A stretch of DNA of 64,000 nt from Neocallimastix sp. 'constans'. Lineage: Eukaryota. Positions 1-14,000 of the stretch are shown piece after piece. Within the stretch, counting starts at the first letter, position 1. The number at the start of each line of letters is the position of its first letter. Below the pieces are notes generated by a model that was given only the letters and a program-made list of their open reading frames with translations, was not told the origin of the DNA and did no database searches. The position numbers and the translations under genes are program-made. Location of the stretch: assembly GCA_050613775.1 (NCBI GenBank), contig JBODTK010000013.1, positions 62,001 through 126,000 of the forward strand, written 5' to 3'.

Positions 1-1419
1 AAATAATCTTTTCATAAAATATTTAATTAATATATACTGTTTTATTTTTCAGTTAAATAAACAAAAAGTTAAATTCATTGAGAAGAATTATTTTAATAAT
101 TTAAATAAATGTCTAATATTAATTTTTTTTTGTTTAGTTTTAATAAATATATACTAAATAGAATTTAAATTATAATTTATTTAAGGTTATACTTAAAAAT
201 TCTATTGTAATAAATATAACTTTGTAAAATTATTACTATTATAAATAAAATTAAAATTTAAAATAAAAAATTTAATGTTAATATTATTAATAAATCATGA
301 TATAATATTTTATCATAAAATAATATTAATTAATATTAATTTTTCTACTTTCATAAATTGTATTTTACATATAAATTTTTTAATTCAATTTTTCAATGAT
401 TATATATATAAAATAAAAATAATTACGATTACTTTCATAAAAATTCATAAAAAGTATAATTTAATTATTTCATATTATTTTTATTTTAAAAGATAAAAAA
501 TCTTAAATTGCCAGTTGATTTACATTTCAATTTTAAGTTAGCATATTTATTAATATAATAAAAACATGTATAAATACCTAATGAAAAAATATAAAATAAT
601 AAATTTTAATTTTTATATTATTTAAATTAATAATAATAAATTAATATTAAGAATCTATTCTATTATGTAAAAATACAATGAAAATATATAATTTAATAAA
701 ATACATTAATATGATATTTATAGTTAATTTAAAATATTGCTAAATTATTATTATTGTACTAATATTACACAATAATATTTGTTATTTCTTCACTTGATTG
801 ATTGGAATCCATTTAACTGAAATATGTAATACCATAAGTAATGTCAGCAATATCTTTTTTTTTTTTTACTTCATAAATTTACGAATTATTAAAATAATAT
901 TCAAATGAATTTTTTATTTCTTTCCTAATGTTTTTTTTTTTTTTTTTTTTTTTTTTTTGATTTCTTTACTATAGGTTTTCAGATAAACTTAGCCTTTTAT
1001 TTATTGTTAATAAGAATATAATTTTTCCTTTCAAAATAGGATAATTTTTAATATTTAATTTAATAATATTGTTGAAAATCTCCATACAATTAAGGTTAAT
1101 TTTCTTATATTGTTATCATTAGTAAAATTATTAAATGGGCTTTTCGTTCTTATCTTTTCATTCATTTTAAATTTTTTTTTTTTTTTTTTTTTTTAAATTT
1201 GATATAATTTAATTTTAGGTTTAGTTGCAATTGTTATTTTTGATTAATTTAAATATTAACAAAAAAAAATTTTTGAGATTTAATAATTTTTATTATTTAA
1301 TTATATATAATTTTTTTTGAAATGTTTAGATTAATTTTATATTAAATAATTTATTTTTAGTAATTTTTTATATTATTATTTATGTAATTAATTTAGATAA
1401 ACTATATTATTAAATAAAT

Positions 1420-1624
1420 TGTATGGAAAGTAGGAATCTATCTTTTATTATGTAAAAATAAAGAATAGTGTATATATAATTTTGTACATTTTTATGGTAT
1501 TTATAGTTAATATAATATATAGCTTATTATTATTGGTCACATATCTTACATCAATATATTAATATATAAAATATTACTCCTTTAATTAATATAATTATTA
1601 AGCTTTATATTTTTGTTTCTAACA
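1420..1624 (-). repeat. 3' LTR (LTR family B) of non-autonomous element copy 1, preceded on the minus strand by a PPT (1625-1645)
   Basis: The minus strand reads AAAGTTAGATTTGAGGGTGAA|TGTTAGAAAC. Homologous to 29216-29424, 33176-33383 and 37346-37556 (shared GATATGTGACCAATA core). Left end approximate. Confidence 0.75.
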
Positions 1625-1929
1625 TTCACCCTCAAATCTAACTTTGGGTAAAAGTTAGAGTTGAATAGAAAAATGGAAACCGTATTCAATATAAAATAAT
1701 ATTTTTATTTTTAATGATAATACAAATAACGTATTATAAAGTATATGAAAAAGAGTTATTTTATTTTTTAATTGTAAATAAATTATTTATATATATTTTA
1801 AATTCTAAACGGTGTATGGATTATTCATATATCTGATCCTACTTTTTTTTTTTTTTTTGCTTTCTCATTTTCTAAATCAAAAATATTTTTTAATTAATTA
1901 AGTTCATAGTAATAACATAATAATTTGTC

Positions 1930-2620
1930 TTTATTTTCATTTGATAAAATGCTGTATTTGTCATTATAAATGATTAAAATAATATTAAACCAATTGTTAT
2001 GTTTATGAAATAAATATAATAGTTTCAAAATTTACAACGTATTTGTCATTTACTATTGTATATGAACAATTTTTATAATTTTTTAATTTAAATTTTTATT
2101 CAATTTTTTTAAAATCAGGAATTTCATTAATGAAATTTTTTTTTTTTTTTTTTAATTCAAAATTAAATTGTAAAATTTTTTATCAACTACTACATTATAT
2201 AATATAGTACTTTGTAAATCTATAATAGTATCTTTTGAATAATCATAAATTATGGAGGATTGACATGTCTTATTTTCAATAATATTAAAACGCAATTCCC
2301 AAGATTCATCGGGTGAAGGAGATAATTTCATAAATAAATCTTCGTCAAAAAATCATTTATCGGTAAACGTATTTATTGAATATAAAATATCTTCATCTCA
2401 ATTCATAGATTTTCCGGTATTAATAATTATATTTTTATCAAATATTTTATGAATATTTGGAGAATATAAGGTTTCCTTAATTTTCATAGCAAATAATTCA
2501 AATATTATAATTTAAATTATTTTATATAGATTATCTGAATATTATCTTTTTCATTATTTTATTGATATATATATATATATATATAAGATTTGATATGTGT
2601 AAATACATCATTAAAAAAAT
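1930..2620 (-). pseudogene. Degenerate glycosyltransferase-like (GT-A type) cargo fragment, copy 1
   Basis: Manual translation of 2400->2221 gives ILYSINTFTDK*FFDEDLFMKLSPSPDESWELRFNIIENKTCQSSIIYDYSK. From recollection this resembles the bacterial GT-A motif GVLYPP...FMKLAPTADDIW. Homologous to 30690-31700. Confidence 0.6.
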
Positions 2621-2816
2621 TTATTTAAAATAATAGGTTTCAAGATTTATAAATGATGGCTTAAATCTTTATATATTATATATATTATTAATAATATAAT
2701 TTTTTATAAAAAAATTTTAAATTATTATTAATATTGATGGATTGTAATAAATATTATTGGTTAAAGTTTTGTCAAAATAATGATAAATTTAATTAATCTA
2801 TCTTTAATATAAATAA

Positions 2817-5360
2817 TGTCTAATCACTTGTATTAATAAAAAGTATAAAAATCATGGAATTATTATTTTAAAATAAAAATACATCTTATACCAAAAAGAG
2901 AATAAAAAATACTTTATACTGTTATAAATATATTATAATAAAATATTTTCTAAAAACTATTAACCCATATATAATTACTACGTGTTTATTTTAGTTTATT
3001 TGAGTATTTCTTAACATGATATTTTTTTGACAGATTAAGAGTCTCAGTCTCAACCGATTAATCCATATGAAAGCTAAGTATTTTTTTTTTAAAAATAAAA
3101 ATTTAACATTAAATAATTTTGAAATTTCTATATTTATTATTAAATATTAATTTTTTTTTTTTTATTATTATTTATATAAATATATAAATATTTATAAATT
3201 ATAGAACTAAAATAAAAGTAGAATCTTTAATATTTAAAATAATTATATAAAGAAGTACAATATCGATAAAATTGAAATTGAAAATAAACAAAAAGTCAGC
3301 TATTAGAAATAAGTTGAGGATGAAATAAAAGGTCAGCTATATTATATAAGCTGAAAATAAAGAACATAACATGTCAGCTATGATATATAAGCTGAGAAAA
3401 ATATAATAAAAAATTCAATTATATAATAAATAATTAAAATAAAGATTTTAATTAAAATGATATTATAATAATATATTAAATATGAACAATTAATGTTATA
3501 GTCATTTTCACAAAAATAGCAAAAATTTTTAAATACGCTTAATATAAATAAATTAATCCCTTTATATTATTATTCGTAATATAAAAATATACAATACTTT
3601 GTAATAAACATTAATAAAAATAATTTATTCTTAATTAAAAAGGAATAGTAACATAATCACATTCACATTATTTAATAAAAGAATCAAACTGATAGGTTTC
3701 AGTAATAATAAAATTATACTAATTCCTCCCTCAATATTAAAAAATGTATATTAATATCTTTAAATTAAATTTTATTAAATTTTTATAAGCATTATTCATT
3801 AAAAAATCTATATAAATATATTAACAATTAATTGTCACTAAAAATAGAACCAATAAAAATTAATTATAATTTACATTATTTAATTTAATAAAATTAAATC
3901 TAACTAAAGAAATAAAAAAAATATATAAAAAACAAATTAAAGAAAAGCAATAAAAAATAAATTTAGAAAATAATAAAACATAAATACTTTTAATTAAAAC
4001 AAGAAGGTAAAAATAAAAAGTAGAAAATGAGCGGAAACAATTCAAGAAGTAATTCCAGAAATCAAATCATCGAAATCCCCGGATCAGAAAGTAATTTCTT
4101 CGCTAAAGGAATCTCTTTTAATTACTCCGAGAATTTCAATCATATTACTGAATTAACCGTTGAAAGCTTCCAAGATTGGAAAACTAACGTATTGGATCTC
4201 TTAATCATCAATAATCTAAAAGAATACATTAGTTTACCAAAAGTAAAAAAATTGAGAAAGAAAGATATTAAAGAAGATTTAGATAAGTACAATAAAGATA
4301 AATTTAATAATTCTCTTGTTTACGATATTAGGACAACCCAAACAGATATCAAGAATGACATCATGGTTAAATGGATAATTAATAATAGCTTGGGAAAGAA
4401 AACCAAAGAAATAATAAAAAGGCCATAGTAAGACCGCCTTCGAAATGTGGAACTTCCTCCAAGATTCCTTTACTTTAGGAGAAGAGCATCAAAAAATGAT
4501 ATTACGAAATAAATTGAACAGATTAAAATTTACCACAGATGATGATATACATATCTTTCTTGCAACACTTCAAAATATGATCGATGAATCGGAAATTATC
4601 GATACAGACATGAGTGATAGTGTAAAGGTAGGAATTCTGAATAGGGCTTTACCTGAAAATCTAAGGTGCATAAATGTTTTCCAATTCAATAATGAATGGA
4701 TAAAATGTTGCAATTACGTAAAAAGAATAATACCATATATTCTTTTCTCAAACATCAAGGAAAGAAAACTTCAAGAAGAAAATGCAAAAAATATTTATAA
4801 TTTACAAACTGAAAACAAAAATAAACAAAATAATAAGTACCTAAAAATAAGAGGAAGAAAAAATGGAAATGTTTCCTATGTGGAAAATACGGCCACTACA
4901 AAAGGAATGTTATAAATATAAAAGAAATAAGCTCCTGAATCAAAACAATGAAAATAAATCAATGAAAATTCGAAGAAAATTTAACAAAAAATATAATAAA
5001 AGTAAAATTAATAACAAGCATTTATATTCGATAAGTAATTACAACAACTATAAAGACGATTACTTAGAAGATTTTTCTAAAGATTATAACTCTGACAATG
5101 CAATCGAAATTAATTGCTTAAAAACAATAAATAATAAAAATAACTAAAATAGTAATATACATAATAATAACTTCATAGTTTGGATTTTAGATTCAGGTGC
5201 ATCAATCAGCACTATTAATGACATAAAATTTCCTACTAACATTAAAAAATGTAAAAAAAAAATTTTACTAGCGAATGGTAAAGAAGTATTATCTGAGTTT
5301 TGCGGCGATTTTGTAAGATTCATTAACAATAACAAATTTATTTTAAAAAATGTTTATTAT
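2817..5360 (+). mobile_element. 3'-truncated Ty1/copia element (5' LTR ~2817-3032, PBS, ~1 kb leader, gag-protease)
   Basis: Putative LTR TGTC...GACA followed immediately by GATTAAGAGTCTCA (3033-3046). Gag ORFs at 4027-5147; protease motif WILDSGAS at ~5180. Confidence 0.8.
4027..5360 (+). pseudogene. gag: Frameshifted copia gag-protease
   Basis: FNYSENFN and KVGILNRALPENLR motifs are shared with the other gags in the window. Split over several ORFs and truncated after the protease. Confidence 0.85.
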
Positions 5361-5681
5361 TCAAGATATAATAATAATTTCCAATTCACTGATGTTTGTA
5401 TGATCATATTAGTCTTAAATCATGATGAAATTAATAGTGATAATGAAACGTATTCAGAAAAAGAGACAAAAGAAATTTTGCTATAAAAATTAAATAATAG
5501 GAGTATTAAAACGTAATATTAATATAAAAGAAAAATATTAAAATAATAATAATTTAATTTATACTCTTCTAAAATATTATGACTTTAATTTATAATTTTT
5601 TGTATAATCATATTAAAACATAAGTGTTATTTTATATTATAATTAAGCACTATATTTCTATTCAATTCTTACTTTTATCCA

Positions 5682-5909
5682 AAGTTAGATTTGAGGAGGA
5701 ATGTTAAAAAATATAAATTTAAAATTTTATAATTATATTAATTTAAGGAGAAATAATATATATTTTAATATATTCATGTAAAATATGTGACCAATAATAA
5801 TAATAGACCTCATATTATGTTAACTATAAATAACACAAAAATGTACATTATTATTTCATATATCAATTCTAATATTTTCATATAATAAAAGAGATTCTTA
5901 TTTCTAAAA
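5682..5909 (+). repeat. PPT plus LTR family B (LTR starts at 5702)
   Basis: AAGTTAGATTTGAGGAGGAA|TGTTAAAA with the ATATGTGACCAATAATAAT core. Right end approximate. Confidence 0.7.
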
Positions 5910-6720
5910 TATATATTATTAATTAAAGTTTGGAATATAATTAATTATACAATTTATAGTTCAAATTTTATTTGTCTTATTTTAATTATAAAACTTTAAT
6001 AAGTATTATTCTTATTGATAAATTAATTTATAAAAATATTTATTCCTGATTTTAATTGGTAAGACAAATATTATTTATTAAAGTTTGATAATATTTAATT
6101 CTATTAGCTCTTAATTTATCAATTAATGTAATTTGTTATATTAGAAATTCACATTTGATTTTTTATTTATATTTGACTTTATAAAATTGTAATTTTTATT
6201 ACATTAAGCTTAATAATACGAAACTTTATTTAATAAAATATTGATATTATATAATTTATTAATAATTTTAATTTAATAAATTTTGATTATTACTTTTCCT
6301 AATTTATTAATTTTTAATTATTGGTTTATTCCATAATTTCGTTTTAATGTATTTAATAAAATATGTATAAAATAATTTATTTATAATTTTAATTAATAAA
6401 AACTAATTAATAATTTTTATTATTATTTTTAATTAAATTTTACTATTATATTAATATTATTTTTGATTTCAAATTTATTTTAATATCATCAGTTGACTAT
6501 TAATTTTTCATCTTGATGATATTAATTTTATTTAATTTTTATTTTAGTTTATTTTTATTTTATTTTTTTATAATATCGGCTGACTATATGTTTTCAGCTC
6601 GATATGTGTATTATTTTTTAAATATATATATTATTGTTCATATCGGCTGACTATATGTTTTCAGCTCGATATATATATTATTACTTAAATACTTCCATAA
6701 TATGAATTATACTTAATCTT
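5910..6720 (-). mobile_element. Remnant of a copia 5' leader with hairpin repeats
   Basis: The reverse complement of 6482-6523 matches the 40697-40866 repeat unit. ATATCGGCTGACTATATGTTTTCAGCTCGATAT occurs twice (~6573, ~6640). Confidence 0.6.
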
Positions 6721-7059
6721 TTCAAGCATATGTAAATCATAATTTGTAATTTTATTTAAAATATAAAATAATTTAAAATTAGATAATGATTAATAAGAAA
6801 AAAATTTTTTTTAACCAATTAAATTTGTATTCTAAACTATAAAAAAAAACAAATATAAAAGAAATAATTTCAATTACCCTCTTAAAAATTTTAGTAGAAA
6901 TAAAACAATAACAATAAAAGTAAGTTTTAAGAAGTTTTGGTTTAGATTTTGTTTGTGTTATTTGTTGTTCTTAATTCATTTTTAAGAGTTATCAATATTA
7001 ATTGTTATTAATATACATTTCAAAAATTATTAAATAATATTTTAAAATCCTGTACCATA

Positions 7060-7755
7060 TGAGTTTCGTTACAGGTAAATGAATAATGTGTTATATAAAA
7101 AATGACATGAATAAAAATATTTTTTATATTGTTATCATTTATGTAGGTGACATTCTAATAGTTGGAAAGGAAAACGAAATTAAATATAAAAAGGGATATT
7201 TCAAAGAAAAATATTAGATAAAAGAATTGGCAATGTGGATTTTGTTATCGGAATAAAATTTATTAAACATAAAAATGGATATTTCATACAGAAAACAAGA
7301 TATATTAAGGAGATATTAGAAAAATTTAAAATGAACAAAGAAAAACCATCAAGAATACAAAACCAATAATAGACGATAAACTTAGAAATATAAAATTTAA
7401 TTAAACTACTTATCGAAGCGCAATTGGAAATTTACTCTACATTGCTATATGCACTAGACCTGATATTTTATTTTCGTAAGTAAAGCGCCGCGAAAATCAA
7501 ATAATCCCAATATGGAAGACTGGAACAATGTAGTAAAAATACTTAGATATCTAAAAGGCACAATAAATTACAGGATAAACAATACAAGAAAATTAGGTTT
7601 AGAAGCTTTTGTTGATTCCGACTTTGCAGGAGATACAGAAACCAGAAAATCAATGGTTTTTTAGTAACAATGGGCAATGCACCCACTAGCTGGTGTTCCA
7701 AGTTACAACACTGTATGTCAACATCTACTGAAAAACCGGAGTATTATAGTCTAAG
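7060..7755 (+). pseudogene. pol: Copia RT/RNase H fragment
   Basis: Recognisable YRSAIGNLLYIAICTRPDI, DFAGDTETR and PTSWCSKLQH stretches with frameshifts; close to 45080-45775. Confidence 0.9.
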
Positions 7756-7765
7756 TTTTTGTATA

Positions 7766-8625
7766 AAACTTTAATTATTAATATTTCTATTATTATATTT
7801 TTTGTGAATTATCTGTAGTTTCATCATTAATTACTTGGTTAGTTCTTCTTGGTGGCATTTTTTTATTAAAAATTGAAGTAATTCATAATATATTTATATT
7901 AATTTTTTTATAATGTTCTAAATTGTAGGACGTAAGAACAGATTTAATGTATGAGGATGAATTATTTTATATATATTGTTTTTTAGTATTTTATTAATTT
8001 TATATTAGTTTATATTTTAAAAAATTAGTTATGTTTGTGTTAAAAATAATGATTCATCATACTGTAAAAAAATTAAAATAAAATATAAATTAATATAAAC
8101 AATGAAATAAATTTCATTGTTTAAAAAAATAGTGTAAATACAAAGGGATATATCTCGTTTTTTAAAAAAAAATATAATAATAATAATATATATAAAATGA
8201 AATGCAATAATTAAAACATACTGAATAAAAAAAGCATATATTTAACAAAACTCTTAAATATCTTTTAATGAAATTTGATGTCATTTAATTTTTTTTTTTT
8301 TGTATTGTATTGTATATGTTTTGATTCGTGTATCGAATTAAAAGTATAGAACATTTATATTTATTGGGTACTATTGAGAGTAACAAATTTTATTTTGTGT
8401 ATATATTATTGTGTATATTAAAATTATTTTGTTTGTATCTATGAATGTATTTGATTGCATTTGTTATGTATTAATTTAATTTAATTATTATTTATTTTTC
8501 AAAAATATAATTATTCCTATTGGTTTACTGTTAGTAAATTTTATATTAATATTAATGTTAAATTTAATTATGTTTTTTTATTTGTCTCTATTTAGATTAG
8601 TTGTTAATTTTTTATTTTAGGTGTG
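7766..8625 (-). mobile_element. 5' leader and gag stub of non-autonomous element copy 1
   Basis: 7858->7793 encodes MPPRRTNQVINDETTDNSQKI* (compare gag at 59424, MTPRRINQVINVEATDNPRKI). The junction after the stub is the same as at 32125-32220. 8570-8625 is homologous to 32430-32490. Confidence 0.75.
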
Positions 8626-9179
8626 TTAACAATATATAGAAACGAAAATTTAATATTCATTACAAATCATAAATATTTAGTTGAAAATATTTAAATATTG
8701 AATAAAATTATTAATTAAAAAAGAAGGGTATAAATAAATAATGATGTAGTATTTAAAATAAAAATATGTTAAATAAGGAAAATGTTAATGGAATGTTAAA
8801 TTTAACATATAAAATATAATAAATCATTTCCATTTTATAATAAACTTCCTGATCAAAATATTATATAAGTATATTGAAAATAATATAAAAGTAACTTTAA
8901 TATCTAATATTTATAAAACTGAGAAATTAATATTTTATTATTATGTGAAGGATTCCCATTAAGTAATATAATAATTATTTTCTGAAACAAATTAAAATAA
9001 TTCTTATAATTTTTTTTGTTATGTTATCTATTAAAATTATATATTTTGAATTTTTTTATTTTAAAATTTTTTTTTCTAATTAGTTATCTACTTTCTTATA
9101 GCAGTTACACATTTCATTCTTTCTTTTTTTTATATTTTTATTTAACTTCTTCGGTTTATTAAATGATTTTTTTGAATTA

Positions 9180-9900
9180 ATATTATTACTATTGTTAAAA
9201 GGGAATACCTTCTTAATATTAATAATATTTATAGTATTATTTTAAATATTTTTCGAGGATATAATTTAAGGTATATGTCCTTAATATATGTAGAGCGTTT
9301 TTCTAATTCATTTTTAAACTGAAAGACTTTTAATATACTTTAATATTCTTGAAAAGTTCTGTAAAGTATTCATCATTTAATCGAGATATTTAAGTCATTG
9401 TCTATTTTTTTAATTCCTCTATAATATATTACAATTTAGTCATAATAATATTCATATCTTTCTTTTCATCAAATTTGACCTTTTCCAGCTTCGCTTTTAA
9501 ATCATTTTTTCTAAATTGTTCTTTTTCATTAAAAGATGCTTTGAGCAACTGCCATACCTAAGTGCTGTATATCATTCAATCTCAATAATTTATGAGAATT
9601 TTCTAATCAATCTCTTAGTATTAATATCATTATTTATATCAACTTTATTTGTACTTAGAATACATAATAAGAAATCATCAAATTGATCTTGAATATATTC
9701 TTCTAAATTTCTCTTGATATCCCTTTTTTTACAATATTTTCACCTTTTCTATAGATAAATAAATTGTTAAATTATTAATATTAAAGATACAAAACATATT
9801 TACTTTCAACTTTATACAGGTTTCATTGTTTAATTCAATTATTAATTTTCAGAAATTCTCAGAATAAAGTATTTTGTCTTGGTAGTTTGTGCTTGGAATT
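9180..9900 (-). pseudogene. gag: Degenerate copia gag remnant
   Basis: The minus strand contains a DIKRNLEEYIQDQFDD-like stretch and SEN/IELN-like stretches homologous to the other gags. Boundaries approximate. Confidence 0.65.
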
Positions 9901-11054
9901 GAAATTAGCATAGATAATAAAACACAATATTCATTAATAAAACCGAAAACTTAGTATGTAGAAATCAGTGTATTTCATATAGGAGAAATATTAAAGAACA
10001 AAACAAAAAATTGAGATTTGTAAATTCAGAATGAAATTTAACAGACTAATTTATGAAGTATTTAAAACGTTAACAGTTAATTCAGAAATTTATTACTAAC
10101 AAAAATAAATAAGAGAAATTATTATTCAATTCAAAAATATAAAATACAAGTATAGATTTAAAAAAGTTAAACTTAGATAATAAATGTTAGAAATTAAATC
10201 ATATCTAAAAAAAATTATTATCAATTTTTATATTAATTTAATATTAATCAAGAGAAATATATTAAATAAATTGATATTGCTTATATGCTTTTTAAAGATA
10301 TAAGATTTAAATAAAATTGAAATTTTTTGTTAACTTTCATTTTTTAAATATCATAATTCGTAATAAAATATATAATAAAACATATTTCAATTTTTTATAA
10401 TTTGGCGTTTTGTTTTATTTCTAAAATTATAAATATAATATTACTTCTTATATTAATATAATTATAAATCTTTAATTTTTATATTTCTTAAAATTTCAAT
10501 TAAGACAAAACAAAAGCAAAAACAAAACAAAACAAAAAAAAAAAAAAAAAAAAAAAGAAAAACTATGAAAATTAAAATTTAATTTCTATTTAATTTTTTT
10601 TAGAATGAAAGTAAAATCTAATCTTCAATGAATGATTTTCTTATATCAAAATTTTATTATTAAAGGAAGTAAATTATTTTCAAGAAATATATAAATATTT
10701 AAGAATAGTTTTTTATTTATATAAAATTTATCCTAAAAAATTAAGAATAAAATAGTATTGGCTTATTTCTTATTTTTATTTAATAAAAAATAAGATATAC
10801 CCTTTAATTTATTGTTTTTTTTTTTTTTAAAAAAAAAAAACTATAATTAAATATTTTTTAGTAAAAAGATTCGTTTTTTTTATTTTTAAAATAAGCAAAA
10901 AAAATATATATATATTTTTTAACTATATTGTTCTTAATTTTTATTATTATTATTATAAACCTAGTATATAAAATTAAAGTCAATTTTATTATAATTTTTT
11001 TATTTTACATTTTTTATTTTCTTTTTCAAACATTTCCATCCAGTGCTTGATAAC

Positions 11055-14000
11055 ATGTTGGGTTGGAAATATTTGAGGTAACTATCTGTTATTGATTAAA
11101 TTTTATATGTTGAATATTTTTTTTTTACTTAATTTTTATTATATATTTATATTTTCTAACTTCTATATTTTATTTACTTTAAAATATTGTAATTAATAGT
11201 CTTCTAGGACTACTCATAATCCTAAATATATTTACAATTAAGGTTAAGGCAGAAGATGAAGAAATAGCAGAAGATGAAGAAATAACAAGTAAATTAAATA
11301 AAATAAAATATTTTAATTTATATTAATAAAAATTGAAAGAAAATTCTTTAGAAGTAAAACAATACTACAAATTATAAAATAGTAAAATAGATTTATTATA
11401 TATTTTTTTCAGTATTATGACAATAATCTTTCCATAGATAAAGAAAGATGAATAAAAATTACTACTATATTTAAATTTAATATTTTAATTATATGTTTTT
11501 GAATATAAAAATAAAAATAATTTGTTTAATTTATTACAATTGATTTATATTAAATTAATATAAAAAGTGTTAATAATTTTATTATATTTATATTTTATTT
11601 TATGTTAAAATCTATATTCTATTTTATAATTATTTAATTTTTTATATTAAATTGTTTTTTTTTCAAAAGCTCTTCCAGATTGTGTTGATAGTGATGATAT
11701 TGAAGAGAGTTCCGGTATTAGTTCTAATTCTAGTTCTGGTTCTAGTTCTGATGAAGGAATAGATTTACTCTGTCTTAAAGGTTCAATGATATACAATATG
11801 ACTAATATGGAACCAGTTAATTTAAACGAAAATGAATATATTGTTATAAATTGTGTAGATGAAGAAGAGTGTACTAGGGTTACAAATTACGAAGAAGATG
11901 ATATAGATGAAATAGATGATTTATTAATTTATCAATATAGTAATGGTAAAGTAACTAAAAAAAAGAGCTTTACATATTTAGATACTAATGAAAAAAAATT
12001 AATTACATGTAATAGTAACGGGGCATGTTCATTAGAAGTAAATGAAGGTTACTACGTTAATGATGTAAGTAAATCCATTGTCATTGATACTCCCCTAATT
12101 AATATTGATGATAATGGTGATGCTACTACAGTGGCTAATGTTCAAGCCGGAAATACATATGCTGGAGCTGATTATGAAGTTATTGAATGTAAAACAGTAT
12201 CTTCAATGGTGAAATGTACAGCCAGATTAGGTAGATTTGGTGAGATCTTTGTAAATTCTGCAGGAACTGGTTTAGAAGATGCTTTAATTGAATGTAGTGA
12301 TGAACTACCAGATGATGGAGGTTCTAATTCTGGTAGTGGGCCAAGCAATGAAAAACGTGATGATATGGAAATTGTTTGTTATCCGAAAGAAGCAAATGCA
12401 AAGGAGTATTATTTAAATTCTGGACTTAATAGAACTACCAAACCATTAATTGAATGTAACGATTCAAAATGTGAAGAAAAAGTCGGAGAATCTGGTGCTA
12501 ATTATTTGAATGCAGCAAGAGATAGTTTGACAGATGCCATCATTTTCTGTTCCAATAATAAGTGTGAGAAGCAAACCCCATCTGGTGTTAATAAATACTA
12601 TGTAGGTAAGGATGGAGATGATGTTGATGGTTTAATTGAATGTTTAGCTGGTGAAGGATCAGACGAAGATCAGTGCAGCTTGAAGTCAGCATTTACTTCA
12701 GAAGGTTATTATTTGAACAGTGGTTACAATAAGTCTGTCAATCAAACGATTATTTGTGATTCTACTGAAGGTTGTAACGCTTTGAAAGTAGATCTTGGTT
12801 ACTATGTCAACGCTGGAAATACCGAAAAGCCAATCATAAAATGTGAAAAGGAAGGTAATGAATGTATTGAGGAGGCTTCCTCAACCTGTCCGGAAATCTC
12901 TAAAGCAGTTCCAGGAAATTATTGTTATGATAATGGTCAATTGAAATTCTTTACAGTCAATAATTCTACAGCTATTACTGCTACTAGATCTGATAATATC
13001 TATGCTTATGCTATTATTCCAAGTTATGGATTCCCAGGAATTAAGACAGAAACAGGTTCTTTATTCAAGATCTCTCGTTTCTTTATTACCCGTTACTACA
13101 AAAGTGGTATCATTATGCTTGATAAGAATGGTAAATTAGTAGATAGTTTAGATGGCGATACGTCAGACATTACCTTCTTTGACTGTAATGAAACCACAAA
13201 GAAATGTAACGAACGTGAAGGATGTACTTCTAATACCTACATGTTTGATTCAGAAAATGCAAAGGTTGTTTTCTGTAATGATGGCAAATTAGAATATGCT
13301 AAATTCACTGGTTATGTCGTTGATGCTAATCGTTTTGGTAGTGGTACTAAACATCCATATATCATTCAATGTAAAGGAGGTGAAAATTGTATTAGCATAA
13401 AACCTAAAGTTTCTACTTATTATGAAAACAATGGATACGATTCCAATATAAATGGTTTAATTCAATGTAATAGTAATAATTGTATGACGGTTGCTGCCAA
13501 AGTTGGATACTATGTTGCCCATGGTGAAAATGAAAACGCAGGTATTATCAAGTGTACCTCTATTACTAGCTGTTCTTATATTCAAGTCAAGAATAAGGTG
13601 AAGTATGTCAATGCTGGATATGACAAGAAAAATAATGCTATCATTGATTGTTATCGTGGTAAATGTGGTGTTGCTAAAGCCAAATCAGGATACTATCTCA
13701 CTCATACCAGTACTCTTTTAATTCAATGTACTAGTCCAACTTCTTGTACTGAATTTACTCCAACTGTCAATTACTATGATAACGCTGACTCCTCAGAAAG
13801 TAGTAACACTATTATAAACTGTGTCCAAAACAGTAATATAGTAACTTGTTCCTCTGAAGCCACGAACAATGGTTTCTATTTGTCTAGTATATCGAATGTT
13901 TTAATTCGTTGTAAGAATGGTCAAAAATGTAAAACTATTGTTGTTAAGAATGGTATATTTAGAGGTGCTTTCAAGGGACTCACTACTAATAAACGTTCTG

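Noticed and set aside
275..496. Short AT-rich ORFs (also 3860, 32891, 52165, 58039, 59054)
   Set aside because: Low-complexity I/F/N/K/Y composition expected by chance in DNA this AT-rich.
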